A stretch of 64,000 nucleotides of DNA from Bacillales bacterium (GTDB lineage: Bacteria; Bacillota_I; Bacilli_A; RFN20; CAG-826), in assembly GCA_016290145.1 (NCBI GenBank), contig JAEESX010000001.1, forward strand, positions 2,900 through 66,899, given 5' to 3'. Positions 28,450-37,242 of the stretch are shown piece after piece. A program made the position numbers and the translations under genes. Under the pieces are notes generated by a model that saw nothing but the letters and a program-made list of their open reading frames with translations, did no database searches and was not told the origin of the DNA. How positions within the stretch are numbered: the stretch's first letter is position 1; each line of letters opens with the position of its first letter.

Positions 28450-30321
28450 TTAGCAAATACGGAAGTCGATTTCTTTTTGCCAGACTTCAAATGCATTGCC
28501 ATCGAGGAAGACTTTGACTTCTTCCGCGGCGAAATCAGGAGCGACTTCAACTAATAATTCTTGCTTGCCAATAACGACTTTTGCGTAGTCTTGGTTGCCG
28601 TATCTTAAGACCTTTTCAACCTTGCCCATTAAGCCAAGTTCTTGGTCTAATTGGATAGACTTTCTATCAAAGACATAACGATAGGTCTTCTTGTAACAAT
28701 TGTTACCTTCGACAGCGTTAATCTTATAACCACATTCGACTGGTGCTGGGATTTCATCGCCTTCGACACTATAGAAGAAGTCAATCTTATTACGACCATG
28801 TTCTTTCTTCTTGAATGTACCTTCGATGAATTCTTGTTCACCGATTGGTTCTAAGACTGGTTGACCTTCCACTAAGACTCTGACTTTGTCATTTCTTAAT
28901 GAGAAGTTATATTTCGCGCCTTCTTTAACACTATCATCGACGATAGCGAATAAGTAGCAGTCTTCGTTTTCTAAGTAAGCGAGTTTAACGCCTTCCACTT
29001 CTTCGACCTTAGCAACTTTTAAGGAGTAGTCTTTACCAGGAACAACGGCAAATGGAGGAACTTCAAGTTCGACTTCTTTGGCTTCGCCAATTGCTTCTTT
29101 TAAGGCTTCTGGTAATTTCACTTTGCTACCAAAGATAGATAATTCTTCACCAGCAACTTTACCATCAAAGACGGAATAATTTGGAACTGGGTTAAGTAAT
29201 GTAACTTCGGTTTCTTTATCGAATAAGTGTAATTTTTCTTCTTGGATTTCGAGGTAGATTTGATCGCCGACTTCGACCTTCACGCCTTCAACTGTCTTGA
29301 TGATGACATTCTTGCCTTCGTCCTTCATGGTGAATTCTTCACCAGCTTCACCTAAAACACCATAGATAATGCATTCATTACCTAAATGTTCAACAGCGGT
29401 AACAGAGGCTTTTAAGTCTGTCTTCTTTTCGGATAAGTTGATGTGTTCTGGACGGATACCTAAGATGACGGTTGTTTCACCATCGAGGTATTTGTTATGA
29501 ATCTTAGAAACGGATTCATATTTAACCAATGATTTGCTTCCATCTGGGTAGAGGATTTCAACATCTTTACCCTTACGTGTTAATTTAACATCGAAGAAGT
29601 TCATTTGTGGTGTGCCGATAAATCCAGCAACGAATTTGTTGTATGGTTTGTTATACAAATTCATAGGAGTGTCAATTTGTTGAACATAACCTAATTTCAT
29701 AACAACGATTCTTGTACCCATTGTCATAGCTTCGACTTGGTCATGGGTAACGTAAATGAATGTTGTACCTAATTTCTTATGCAATTTTGTAATCTCTGTT
29801 CTCATTTGAGCACGGAGTTTAGCGTCTAAGTTAGATAATGGTTCATCTAGTAAGAAGACTTTTGGATCACGAACAAGTGCACGACCTAACGCAACACGTT
29901 GTCTTTGACCACCAGACATCGCTTTTGGCTTTCTATCGAGATAATCTTCGATATCGAGCATTTTCGCGGCTTCCAAGACCTTTTCTTGAATGACATCTTC
30001 TGGCATATGTCTGTTTCTTAAACCGAACGCCATGTTGTCATAAACGGTCATATGTGGATATAACGCATAGGATTGGAACACCATTGCGATATCTCTATCT
30101 TTTGGTTCCAAGTCATTAGCGAGTGTATCACCAATAAATAAATCACCGGAGGTAATGTTTTCAAGACCAGCGATCATTCTTAAAGTTGTTGATTTACCAC
30201 ATCCAGATGGACCAACGAAAACGATGAATTCTTTGTCTTGGATATCAATATTAAAATCATTGACAGCCTTGTGACCATTTTCGTACACCTTGTAGATGTG
30301 ACTGAGTTTTAAATTAGCCAT
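28450..30321 (-). CDS. Sugar ABC transporter ATP-binding protein (MsmX/MalK-like) with an approximately 250-aa C-terminal extension
   Basis: Walker [10 protein letters not shown], signature LSGGQRQR, Walker B VFLLDEP, then a TOBE-like region. Residues about 375-623 have no obvious motif. Total 623 aa versus about 370 aa for a typical MalK. Confidence 0.85.
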   Translation of the reverse strand: MANLKLSHIYKVYENGHKAVNDFNIDIQDKEFIVFVGPSGCGKSTTLRMIAGLENITSGDLFIGDTLANDLEPKDRDIAMVFQSYALYPHMTVYDNMAFGLRNRHMPEDVIQEKVLEAAKMLDIEDYLDRKPKAMSGGQRQRVALGRALVRDPKVFLLDEPLSNLDAKLRAQMRTEITKLHKKLGTTFIYVTHDQVEAMTMGTRIVVMKLGYVQQIDTPMNLYNKPYNKFVAGFIGTPQMNFFDVKLTRKGKDVEILYPDGSKSLVKYESVSKIHNKYLDGETTVILGIRPEHINLSEKKTDLKASVTAVEHLGNECIIYGVLGEAGEEFTMKDEGKNVIIKTVEGVKVEVGDQIYLEIQEEKLHLFDKETEVTLLNPVPNYSVFDGKVAGEELSIFGSKVKLPEALKEAIGEAKEVELEVPPFAVVPGKDYSLKVAKVEEVEGVKLAYLENEDCYLFAIVDDSVKEGAKYNFSLRNDKVRVLVEGQPVLEPIGEQEFIEGTFKKKEHGRNKIDFFYSVEGDEIPAPVECGYKINAVEGNNCYKKTYRYVFDRKSIQLDQELGLMGKVEKVLRYGNQDYAKVVIGKQELLVEVAPDFAAEEVKVFLDGNAFEVWQKEIDFRIC

Positions 30322-30408
30322 AAAAAATCTCCTATATATTTTTGGTTATGCCTATATTCTAATACATTATGTATTTTAACCTGTTTTGATTGGAAAATGT
30401 AGTATTTT

Positions 30409-30825
30409 TTACCATTCAATTTTCACACCTTTTCTTTCAAGAAAGACAATCATTTGTTGTCCCTCATTTGTGTTGCCCACAAACGAAGATGTTTTTCTAC
30501 CATTTACATATATCTCATAGAAGCCATCACGATTGACGATTTTCTCGATTTTAGAAATCGGAATCTTGTGAGGTGTGAGTAATACGTACTTATAGAAATA
30601 TTCTTCGTCTACAGCGACATAAAACATTAGTTGATAAACTAATACAATCGCTGAAGCAACCGCAAAAAGAGAGCAGAAGATCCATATCAAAATACGGATC
30701 ACCCACTCTTCTTTAGTTAAGAAAATGAATAAGATATCCATAGTCAAAGAAACGACGAAGCAAATCGCTAAAAAGATGACTAATGGCTTGATTGGATATG
30801 TTCTAATACGATTCTTTTTATTCAT
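30409..30825 (-). CDS. Small membrane protein (two TM plus a possible bacterial PH-like domain)
   Basis: 138 aa with two N-terminal hydrophobic helices and a basic or aromatic C-terminal domain. Confidence 0.3.
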   Translation of the reverse strand: MNKKNRIRTYPIKPLVIFLAICFVVSLTMDILFIFLTKEEWVIRILIWIFCSLFAVASAIVLVYQLMFYVAVDEEYFYKYVLLTPHKIPISKIEKIVNRDGFYEIYVNGRKTSSFVGNTNEGQQMIVFLERKGVKIEW

Positions 30826-30831
30826 GATATT

Positions 30832-33657
30832 TTAGTTTGCTTTTAAGATGACGGAACCGTTGGCCGCTAAATTGAGCATTTGATAGTTACTACCAATATT
30901 TAAGTTTGAATCATTGGTGAGTAAGACTTTGTATGAAGCATCAAGGTTAATTGTGGCAGCGTTACATGCGTGATAAACAACGTATGTTTCACCGGATAAT
31001 GTAAGTTTATAACTGATTAAACCGTTAACACTATTTAAGCCTGACATTACGGAATTAACTTCGTTTCTACTATTAAGTCTTAAAGCGGCAACTTGCTTAC
31101 GTAAGGCGATTAAGTCTTTGAAGTAATTATTTGTGTCTTCGTTAGCAACCTTTAAGGAGTAATCCATATTGTTGATGAAGTCACCAACATTATAGGAGTT
31201 ACCACTGTATTTGGTTTCGCCTTCAACTTCATAAGCTTTGCTTCTCATAAATTCTTCACCTTCTTGTAAGAATGGAATACCTTCCGCTAAGAAGACTAAG
31301 GATTCGGCTTGTGTATAAGCCATTTCGAAGTTTCTGTTATTTGGTAATGTTTGGATGAGTTGATCGTAAAGTGTGTAGTTATCATGGCAAGACACATAGT
31401 TAATGACTTGAGATGGTTGCACACTACTTTGATTTGCATTGAATTGACCTTTGATACCTGGGAGTAAAGATGTACCGTTTGCGGCAACGCCTTGGACATA
31501 ACCTGTACCAGGACCATTGTCTCCTCTTGCAGCATTTCTAAAGCCATCGCAGAAAGCGCCGACTAAGACGTTATTACCGGCAAAGAAGCTTTGTGCTAAA
31601 GAGTTTTGATTTGTTTGTTGATTCTTTAAATCATCGGCCTTGGTGCCACCGGAAAGTTTAGAACTACCACCAGTCCATGGTTCGCCAAAGACTAAGATTC
31701 TATTATCGATTGCTTTGCAATCGTTATAGACATCAATCATAGTTTGGTTATCGATTAATCCCATTAAGTCGAAACGGAATCCGCTTAAATGATATTCATC
31801 GGTAAAGAACTTACAAGATTCACGAACGAACTTGTTAACCATGAATCTATCTGTGGCCATTTCATTACCACAACCAGAACCGTTATATGCGGTACCTGAA
31901 CCTTTTGTACGGTGATAATAAAGAGGCATTAATTTTTCAAAGTTACTGTCTGAGAAACCAGATGTATGGTTATAGACAACGTCCATAATGGCGTTAATGT
32001 TCTTGCCATGTAAGGCCATAATCATTTGTTTGAATTCTTTAATTCTTGCCACACCATCATATGGATCAGAGGAATAACTACCTTCTAAGCAGTTATAGTT
32101 AAGTGGGTCATAACCCCAGTTATAATTTGTTGCGCTTAAATCCGCTGGAACATTTCTTTCATCAACTGATGAATAGTCATATGTTGGTTGGATTTGAACG
32201 TGTGTGATGCCTAATTCTTCTAAGTGGTCTAAACCAGTTGTAACGGTTATGCCGTTATTGGTATATGTTGTACCGGTTTCTGTTAAACCTAAGTATTTGC
32301 CACGGTTAGCTGCGGAAACACCACTATTAGGATTAATTGTCATATCACGGATGTGCATTTCATAAATGGATGCATCGGTTGGATTGCCATAGTTATATCT
32401 TTGATCAGCAGCCCAGCCTGTGATTTCAGAGTTGATTTGGCTGAAATTAACAACCATACCACGTCTGCCATTAACACCACTGGATTTTGCATATGGGTCA
32501 ACGACTTCGTTTGTGCCAGCAGAGTTTGTGGCGGTATATGTGTAATATTTGTTTGTTAAGTTTTGGTTAACAACTACGGACCAAACACCTTTTTCACCTA
32601 ATGTCATAGGATATGTGGCGGCTGGTTGTGTTTCTGTTTCATAATCGCCAGTATTGTACACATTGAGCACCATAGCGCTTGAAACTGGGGACCAAACCTT
32701 AAATGTGGTCTTTGTTGGTGCAGTTTCACTATCGAGTTTGGCGCCTAAGTCATTACCTGTATATGAATATTTAGTGTTGAAGTCAGCACTATCGTAGATA
32801 GAGACTAAGTTAGCAACACATGTTGGATAGTAATTAGCGGCGACTCTATATTTAACGACAACAGCATCGTTAAGAGCAAATTCTGTATCAAATACTAAGT
32901 TTGCAGCTACTTGATAAGAACCACCGGATTTTGTGATTTTGAAGTCTTCAATCTTGAAGTTATTGGCTTCCACACCATTCTTGGTGATTGTGAATCTCTT
33001 CTTATATAATTTGAAGTCCTTATTTGTGGTATAGAAAACTGGACGAACAGTCTTCATATCATTGAGTTTTGCGTAACTCATTGAGGACATAAACACGGAT
33101 TCTTGTGTGTAGAAAACAGATTCGGTTGCGGTCTTCACATATAATCTTTGAATACCACCTGGATTCATTGCGGCGATCTCAGCATCTAAGTCACAGTTTG
33201 GATCTTTGTTGTAAGCGCCTTCCCAAGTTGCGGTTTGTGAAGCACAGTTTGTAACAACCATACCTAATTTTGAAATGCTTGTTCCATTTGCAGCAACTGC
33301 ACTGACTGGAATTTCACATATAACACCATAGGCGTTATATTTGGTAAATTCATACCACCAGCCATTACCACCTTGTTTGTCCCAAGCCCAGATGCGCCAG
33401 CCGATGTAGTTAGCATAGTCATCGGTCACATCGTTACGGCGATAGAACACGCGGATTGTGTCTGTCGCTTGTTCGGATAAAGAATCGTAATCAGTCTCGT
33501 CTAAAGTGTAGTGCGTGACATTTGTAGGAAGAGTTAATTCTTCCGCGACTTCGTCTTCACCGAATTCACCATCATCATTGTTGTTAGATGGATTGCATCC
33601 AACTAGCGTCACCGTTAACGCTAAGGATGTAAGAAGAGGCAAAATCTTCTTGTTCAT
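30832..33657 (-). CDS. pulA: Type I pullulanase, lipoprotein (GH13_14-like with N-terminal carbohydrate-binding modules)
   Basis: 941 aa with lipobox LVGC. GH13 regions YNWGYDP, GFRFDLMG, FGEPWTGG and YVSCHDN. Confidence 0.85.
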   Translation of the reverse strand: MNKKILPLLTSLALTVTLVGCNPSNNNDDGEFGEDEVAEELTLPTNVTHYTLDETDYDSLSEQATDTIRVFYRRNDVTDDYANYIGWRIWAWDKQGGNGWWYEFTKYNAYGVICEIPVSAVAANGTSISKLGMVVTNCASQTATWEGAYNKDPNCDLDAEIAAMNPGGIQRLYVKTATESVFYTQESVFMSSMSYAKLNDMKTVRPVFYTTNKDFKLYKKRFTITKNGVEANNFKIEDFKITKSGGSYQVAANLVFDTEFALNDAVVVKYRVAANYYPTCVANLVSIYDSADFNTKYSYTGNDLGAKLDSETAPTKTTFKVWSPVSSAMVLNVYNTGDYETETQPAATYPMTLGEKGVWSVVVNQNLTNKYYTYTATNSAGTNEVVDPYAKSSGVNGRRGMVVNFSQINSEITGWAADQRYNYGNPTDASIYEMHIRDMTINPNSGVSAANRGKYLGLTETGTTYTNNGITVTTGLDHLEELGITHVQIQPTYDYSSVDERNVPADLSATNYNWGYDPLNYNCLEGSYSSDPYDGVARIKEFKQMIMALHGKNINAIMDVVYNHTSGFSDSNFEKLMPLYYHRTKGSGTAYNGSGCGNEMATDRFMVNKFVRESCKFFTDEYHLSGFRFDLMGLIDNQTMIDVYNDCKAIDNRILVFGEPWTGGSSKLSGGTKADDLKNQQTNQNSLAQSFFAGNNVLVGAFCDGFRNAARGDNGPGTGYVQGVAANGTSLLPGIKGQFNANQSSVQPSQVINYVSCHDNYTLYDQLIQTLPNNRNFEMAYTQAESLVFLAEGIPFLQEGEEFMRSKAYEVEGETKYSGNSYNVGDFINNMDYSLKVANEDTNNYFKDLIALRKQVAALRLNSRNEVNSVMSGLNSVNGLISYKLTLSGETYVVYHACNAATINLDASYKVLLTNDSNLNIGSNYQMLNLAANGSVILKAN

Positions 33658-33680
33658 AAATGTATCTCCTTATTTCTCCC

Positions 33681-35672
33681 CTAGAAATTAGTAGCGTCGT
33701 AGAAACCTGTATTTACATAGATGTCGCCTGTTTGTTTAATAAGGCTTCCATCCCATTCATTAACATTTGGAACTACATGGCCTTTAGCAAATATTGCTAA
33801 AAGGAATGCAGTATAGTTGGTACTAGAGAAGTTAATTAAGACAATACCATCTTGAACGGTATAGTTCTTAAGCCATATTCCTTTGTTACTGCCACCCCAG
33901 GCCCAGTAATATAATTCATAATCTGATAAATAATTAGGATTTAAATTAACAACATTAAAGTATCCATCAATTAAAGTAACTCTACGGAAATGTAAGTGTC
34001 TTACAGCGGAGAATTCTTTATTAGCGATTTGGATATCGATGTTGATCATATTGTTAGCATCAACAACGTTACCAATTGTAATTGTAGTCTTACCTGAAAA
34101 ACTCACTGCTTCTCCACCATTGATTTTGTATGTTGCGGTTTCCGCATTTTTAACATTGAGAACAACATTCATAGTTCCGGCGAAGGATTTGCTTCTATCG
34201 GAAATTTCAATTGTTGGTCTTAATTCATGTTTGGATTGTGTTAAAACAACAATACCGCGTTCATCAAATGTGACTTTGGCTTTGCCATTTCTCACGGTAA
34301 TTGCTTGTCCACTTAATTGATCATAATAGACCGCTGTGCTGAGATGATTGAATTTAAGTTCAATCTCACAGGCACCAGATAAACTAACAAGGAGAGCGCC
34401 TGAAAGTTCGCCTTCTTTGTATCTTTCGTTAATATAAACATTCTCTTTTGCGTGTTGGTCTTCTTCATATCCGAAGAAACGGTTATGGAATCTATTGCCA
34501 ACACCCACGACTTCTTCTTCGAAGAAATAGTCACCCATTGTCGCAACGTCAACGTTTTCGTTTGGTCTTGCTAAGTACATGGAGACTGAATCTTTTCTAG
34601 AAGAAATAATCGCGTATTGTCTTGCTGTCTTTCTATTAGAAACGTGATTAGAAGCATCAACGTATGTGTCATGGCTTTCCACCCATGTCACTAAGTTACT
34701 GGCTGCGGTATCGCCTCTCATTGTGGCTTCTAAGGCTTTAGAGGCATCGCCAGAAACAGATGCTGCATTAATCTTTGAGATATATGTGTTATCAGTAACT
34801 TTCATATATTCGGTATAGAAACTGATATCTCTATTACCACCGACATCATTTAAGATTTCGCCATAGGCGATTAAATCTTTACCGGTTTGTTCGTGATAAT
34901 ACGTTTTCGCAGTACCTAAGACATTTGGCCAGAAGTCAGATGCATATTGTGGATCTCTTGGAGTTTCGATGTGCTTTGCAGCATCAAATCTAAATCCATC
35001 AACACCAGCATCAATACATTCTTTTAATAAGGATAGGCATCTTTCTTGCACGTATGTGTTCGCGGTATTTAAATCTGGTAAATCGCCATATGCATAATAT
35101 TGAGTGATTGCACCAGAACCGGTTGCGTTCTTATTGTGATGGAATGTTGGATTAGAAGAATCATTTCTATGTTGATATAAATATGGTTCATAGATTTCAA
35201 CTTCAGGACACACCTTTGGTGTTCCATCGCTTTCGAGTTCACCATCAGCGATATTCGCTGTGTGGTTAAAGACGATATCACAAATGATTGCGATGCCATA
35301 TGTTTCTGCGGCTTCGCATAAATCGATTAATTCTTGTTTTGTACCAAGTGGGGAATTTGTGCCAATGGAGAAGCTAACTGGTTGATAGAAGCTGTACCAC
35401 ATTGGTCCACCACTTTTTGGCTGTTGAACAGGTGATGTTTGAACAGCCTTAAATCCAGCATTTGCAATGCCAGAGAGATTATCTTTAATATCGGAGTATT
35501 TCCAGTTAAACGCTTGAAGGATATTGCCTTCGTTATTTTCTGGAAGCACATCAGTATAGCCATCAGGATTTTCTTCGATTGGGCTATTGTTATTTGGACA
35601 TGCAGTCATGCTAAAAGCAAAACACGCTAGTAAAGGGAAAAGAATAACCTTTGTATTTTTCATATTTATCAC
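33681..35672 (-). CDS. Alpha-amylase, lipoprotein (GH13) with an approximately 200-aa C-terminal beta-sandwich or binding region
   Basis: 663 aa with lipobox SMTAC. GH13 regions DIVFNHT, GVDGFRFDAAKH, AYGEILND and WVESHDT. Confidence 0.85.
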   Translation of the reverse strand: MINMKNTKVILFPLLACFAFSMTACPNNNSPIEENPDGYTDVLPENNEGNILQAFNWKYSDIKDNLSGIANAGFKAVQTSPVQQPKSGGPMWYSFYQPVSFSIGTNSPLGTKQELIDLCEAAETYGIAIICDIVFNHTANIADGELESDGTPKVCPEVEIYEPYLYQHRNDSSNPTFHHNKNATGSGAITQYYAYGDLPDLNTANTYVQERCLSLLKECIDAGVDGFRFDAAKHIETPRDPQYASDFWPNVLGTAKTYYHEQTGKDLIAYGEILNDVGGNRDISFYTEYMKVTDNTYISKINAASVSGDASKALEATMRGDTAASNLVTWVESHDTYVDASNHVSNRKTARQYAIISSRKDSVSMYLARPNENVDVATMGDYFFEEEVVGVGNRFHNRFFGYEEDQHAKENVYINERYKEGELSGALLVSLSGACEIELKFNHLSTAVYYDQLSGQAITVRNGKAKVTFDERGIVVLTQSKHELRPTIEISDRSKSFAGTMNVVLNVKNAETATYKINGGEAVSFSGKTTITIGNVVDANNMINIDIQIANKEFSAVRHLHFRRVTLIDGYFNVVNLNPNYLSDYELYYWAWGGSNKGIWLKNYTVQDGIVLINFSSTNYTAFLLAIFAKGHVVPNVNEWDGSLIKQTGDIYVNTGFYDATNF

Positions 35673-35699
35673 CTACTGATATTTTAGCATGTATTTTCT

Positions 35700-35732
35700 T
35701 TTTGAAAAGAAAAAGGAACGCCGAAGCGTTCC
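35700..35732 (-). terminator. Rho-independent terminator downstream of the SusE/F-like lipoprotein gene
   Basis: Stem GGAACGC(35715-35721)/GCGTTCC(35726-35732) with a 4-nt loop. U-runs lie on both strands, so it may be bidirectional. Confidence 0.45.
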
Positions 35733-35759
35733 TTCTAGTTATTTATAACTATTTGTTGA

Positions 35760-36776
35760 TTAGGCAGCGAGGTCGACTAACTTAATGGAAGCATTGACAC
35801 CGCTGAATCTTAATTCAACTCTGAAGTGGCCTGCGCCAACACCGATGTTACCTTCTGCATTTGTGAATGGGAATGTGGAATCGGAAGAGACGGAAGCAAA
35901 GCCCCAGCTGTAATCCCAATCACCATCAGCACGGACTTTGAAGTTATCTTGTCCACTTGTTGTAACTTCTGCGCTATAAACGCCATCGGCTAATGTCAAA
36001 GGCATATTATCAGAACCCCATTCACCACCGAGACCGATGATACCATAGGTATGATCTGCTGGAACGAATTTTTGTAATGGTGTATATTCTAAGCCACCTT
36101 CGACGTCTGCTGTCTTAACGACTGCAAAACCGAAGTTTGGTTGTGTTTCACTAACAGCAACATCATATTGTGCGACGATAACTGTGTAAACACCAGCACC
36201 GGAACGAACGACATTGTCGTCTGCCCATGAGAAACCATCTTCGTCAAATGTTTCTGTCCAACGTGGGAAGAACATATTTCCATCTAAGGACTCAGCGTGA
36301 GACACTCTTGGATCTGGAATCCATTGTTGTTCTGCGTAGACTTCTTCTTCAGCATCATAAGAAACTGTTGCTGCTTTGAAGACATAGGAACCATTGGCTT
36401 GGAACATGTTGCGTTCTTCATCTAAGAATTTCTTTGAGAAGCCAGCATCATTTTTACCAAAAATGGCGCCTTCGTATTTGTAAAGATACTTAACTTTCTT
36501 GGAAGCTAATTTTTCACCAACTTCTTTGTTGATTTGTTTGGCCTCTTTAATACTAATAGCGGTCATTTTGGAAGCTTCGTAAAGTGCGTTGTCTTTACCA
36601 TTCCAGCCATTTGTTGTTTCACCATCGGCCAATAAGAAGTTGCCGTGTAAAACCCAGGCTGCATTGTTTGTATCTTCTAAGACTTTGCTTTCGTTAGCGT
36701 TGCCTTTTGGACATGCTGCTAAACCGAGCATTAAACCGACAGAGAAAATACATGTCAAAATTTTGTTTTTCATCAA
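35760..36776 (-). CDS. Lipoprotein, putative starch-binding protein (SusE/SusF-like beta-sandwich modules)
   Basis: 338 aa with lipobox LAAC and no catalytic motifs. Trp/Gly-rich segments (GEWGSDNMPLTLADGVYSAEV...FKVRADGDWDYSWG) resemble the FKFRANGDW-type starch-binding modules of SusE/SusF. The assignment rests on motif recollection. Confidence 0.35.
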   Translation of the reverse strand: MMKNKILTCIFSVGLMLGLAACPKGNANESKVLEDTNNAAWVLHGNFLLADGETTNGWNGKDNALYEASKMTAISIKEAKQINKEVGEKLASKKVKYLYKYEGAIFGKNDAGFSKKFLDEERNMFQANGSYVFKAATVSYDAEEEVYAEQQWIPDPRVSHAESLDGNMFFPRWTETFDEDGFSWADDNVVRSGAGVYTVIVAQYDVAVSETQPNFGFAVVKTADVEGGLEYTPLQKFVPADHTYGIIGLGGEWGSDNMPLTLADGVYSAEVTTSGQDNFKVRADGDWDYSWGFASVSSDSTFPFTNAEGNIGVGAGHFRVELRFSGVNASIKLVDLAA

Positions 36777-36845
36777 AAAGTTTTCCTCCTAAAATTAAGA
36801 CATTTTTATTATTAAGCAACCGAGTAATAATTGTCAATTATTGAT

Positions 36846-37226
36846 TTACTCGCCTTCGGCTGCCCAATAGCCAAATAAATACATAGTATTATCATCTGTA
36901 TCTACTATGTCTGTAGCAAAGTTCCATAAGTCTTCTTCACTACCAATAAGTTCCTTAACGGACCAACCCTTAAAAACAGGGAATTCTGGATAGAATGGTT
37001 CTGTTGGATCCGCTGGGATATCAGTGATTTTATCACCTTTATATACTTTACAAGTATAATATACGTTTTCGATGACTTTTTGGTTATAGTCACCATAGAA
37101 CTTAACGGTTATTTCTTGGCGGTTGTCATTGTTGTTTCCACCGCCACCTCCACCGCCTTGATTTGGGTCACAAGCGACAAGAGAGAATGAAGTTAAAATT
37201 GCTAATAAAACTAAACTTTTTTTCAT
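36846..37226 (-). CDS. Small lipoprotein with a Flg_new (Listeria-Bacteroides repeat) domain
   Basis: 126 aa with lipobox LVAC, a Gly-rich linker and the Flg_new-like pattern ITVKFYGDY...FKGWSVKE...YLFGYW. Confidence 0.4.
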   Translation of the reverse strand: MKKSLVLLAILTSFSLVACDPNQGGGGGGGNNNDNRQEITVKFYGDYNQKVIENVYYTCKVYKGDKITDIPADPTEPFYPEFPVFKGWSVKELIGSEEDLWNFATDIVDTDDNTMYLFGYWAAEGE

Positions 37227-37242
37227 AACATTTTATCCTCCA

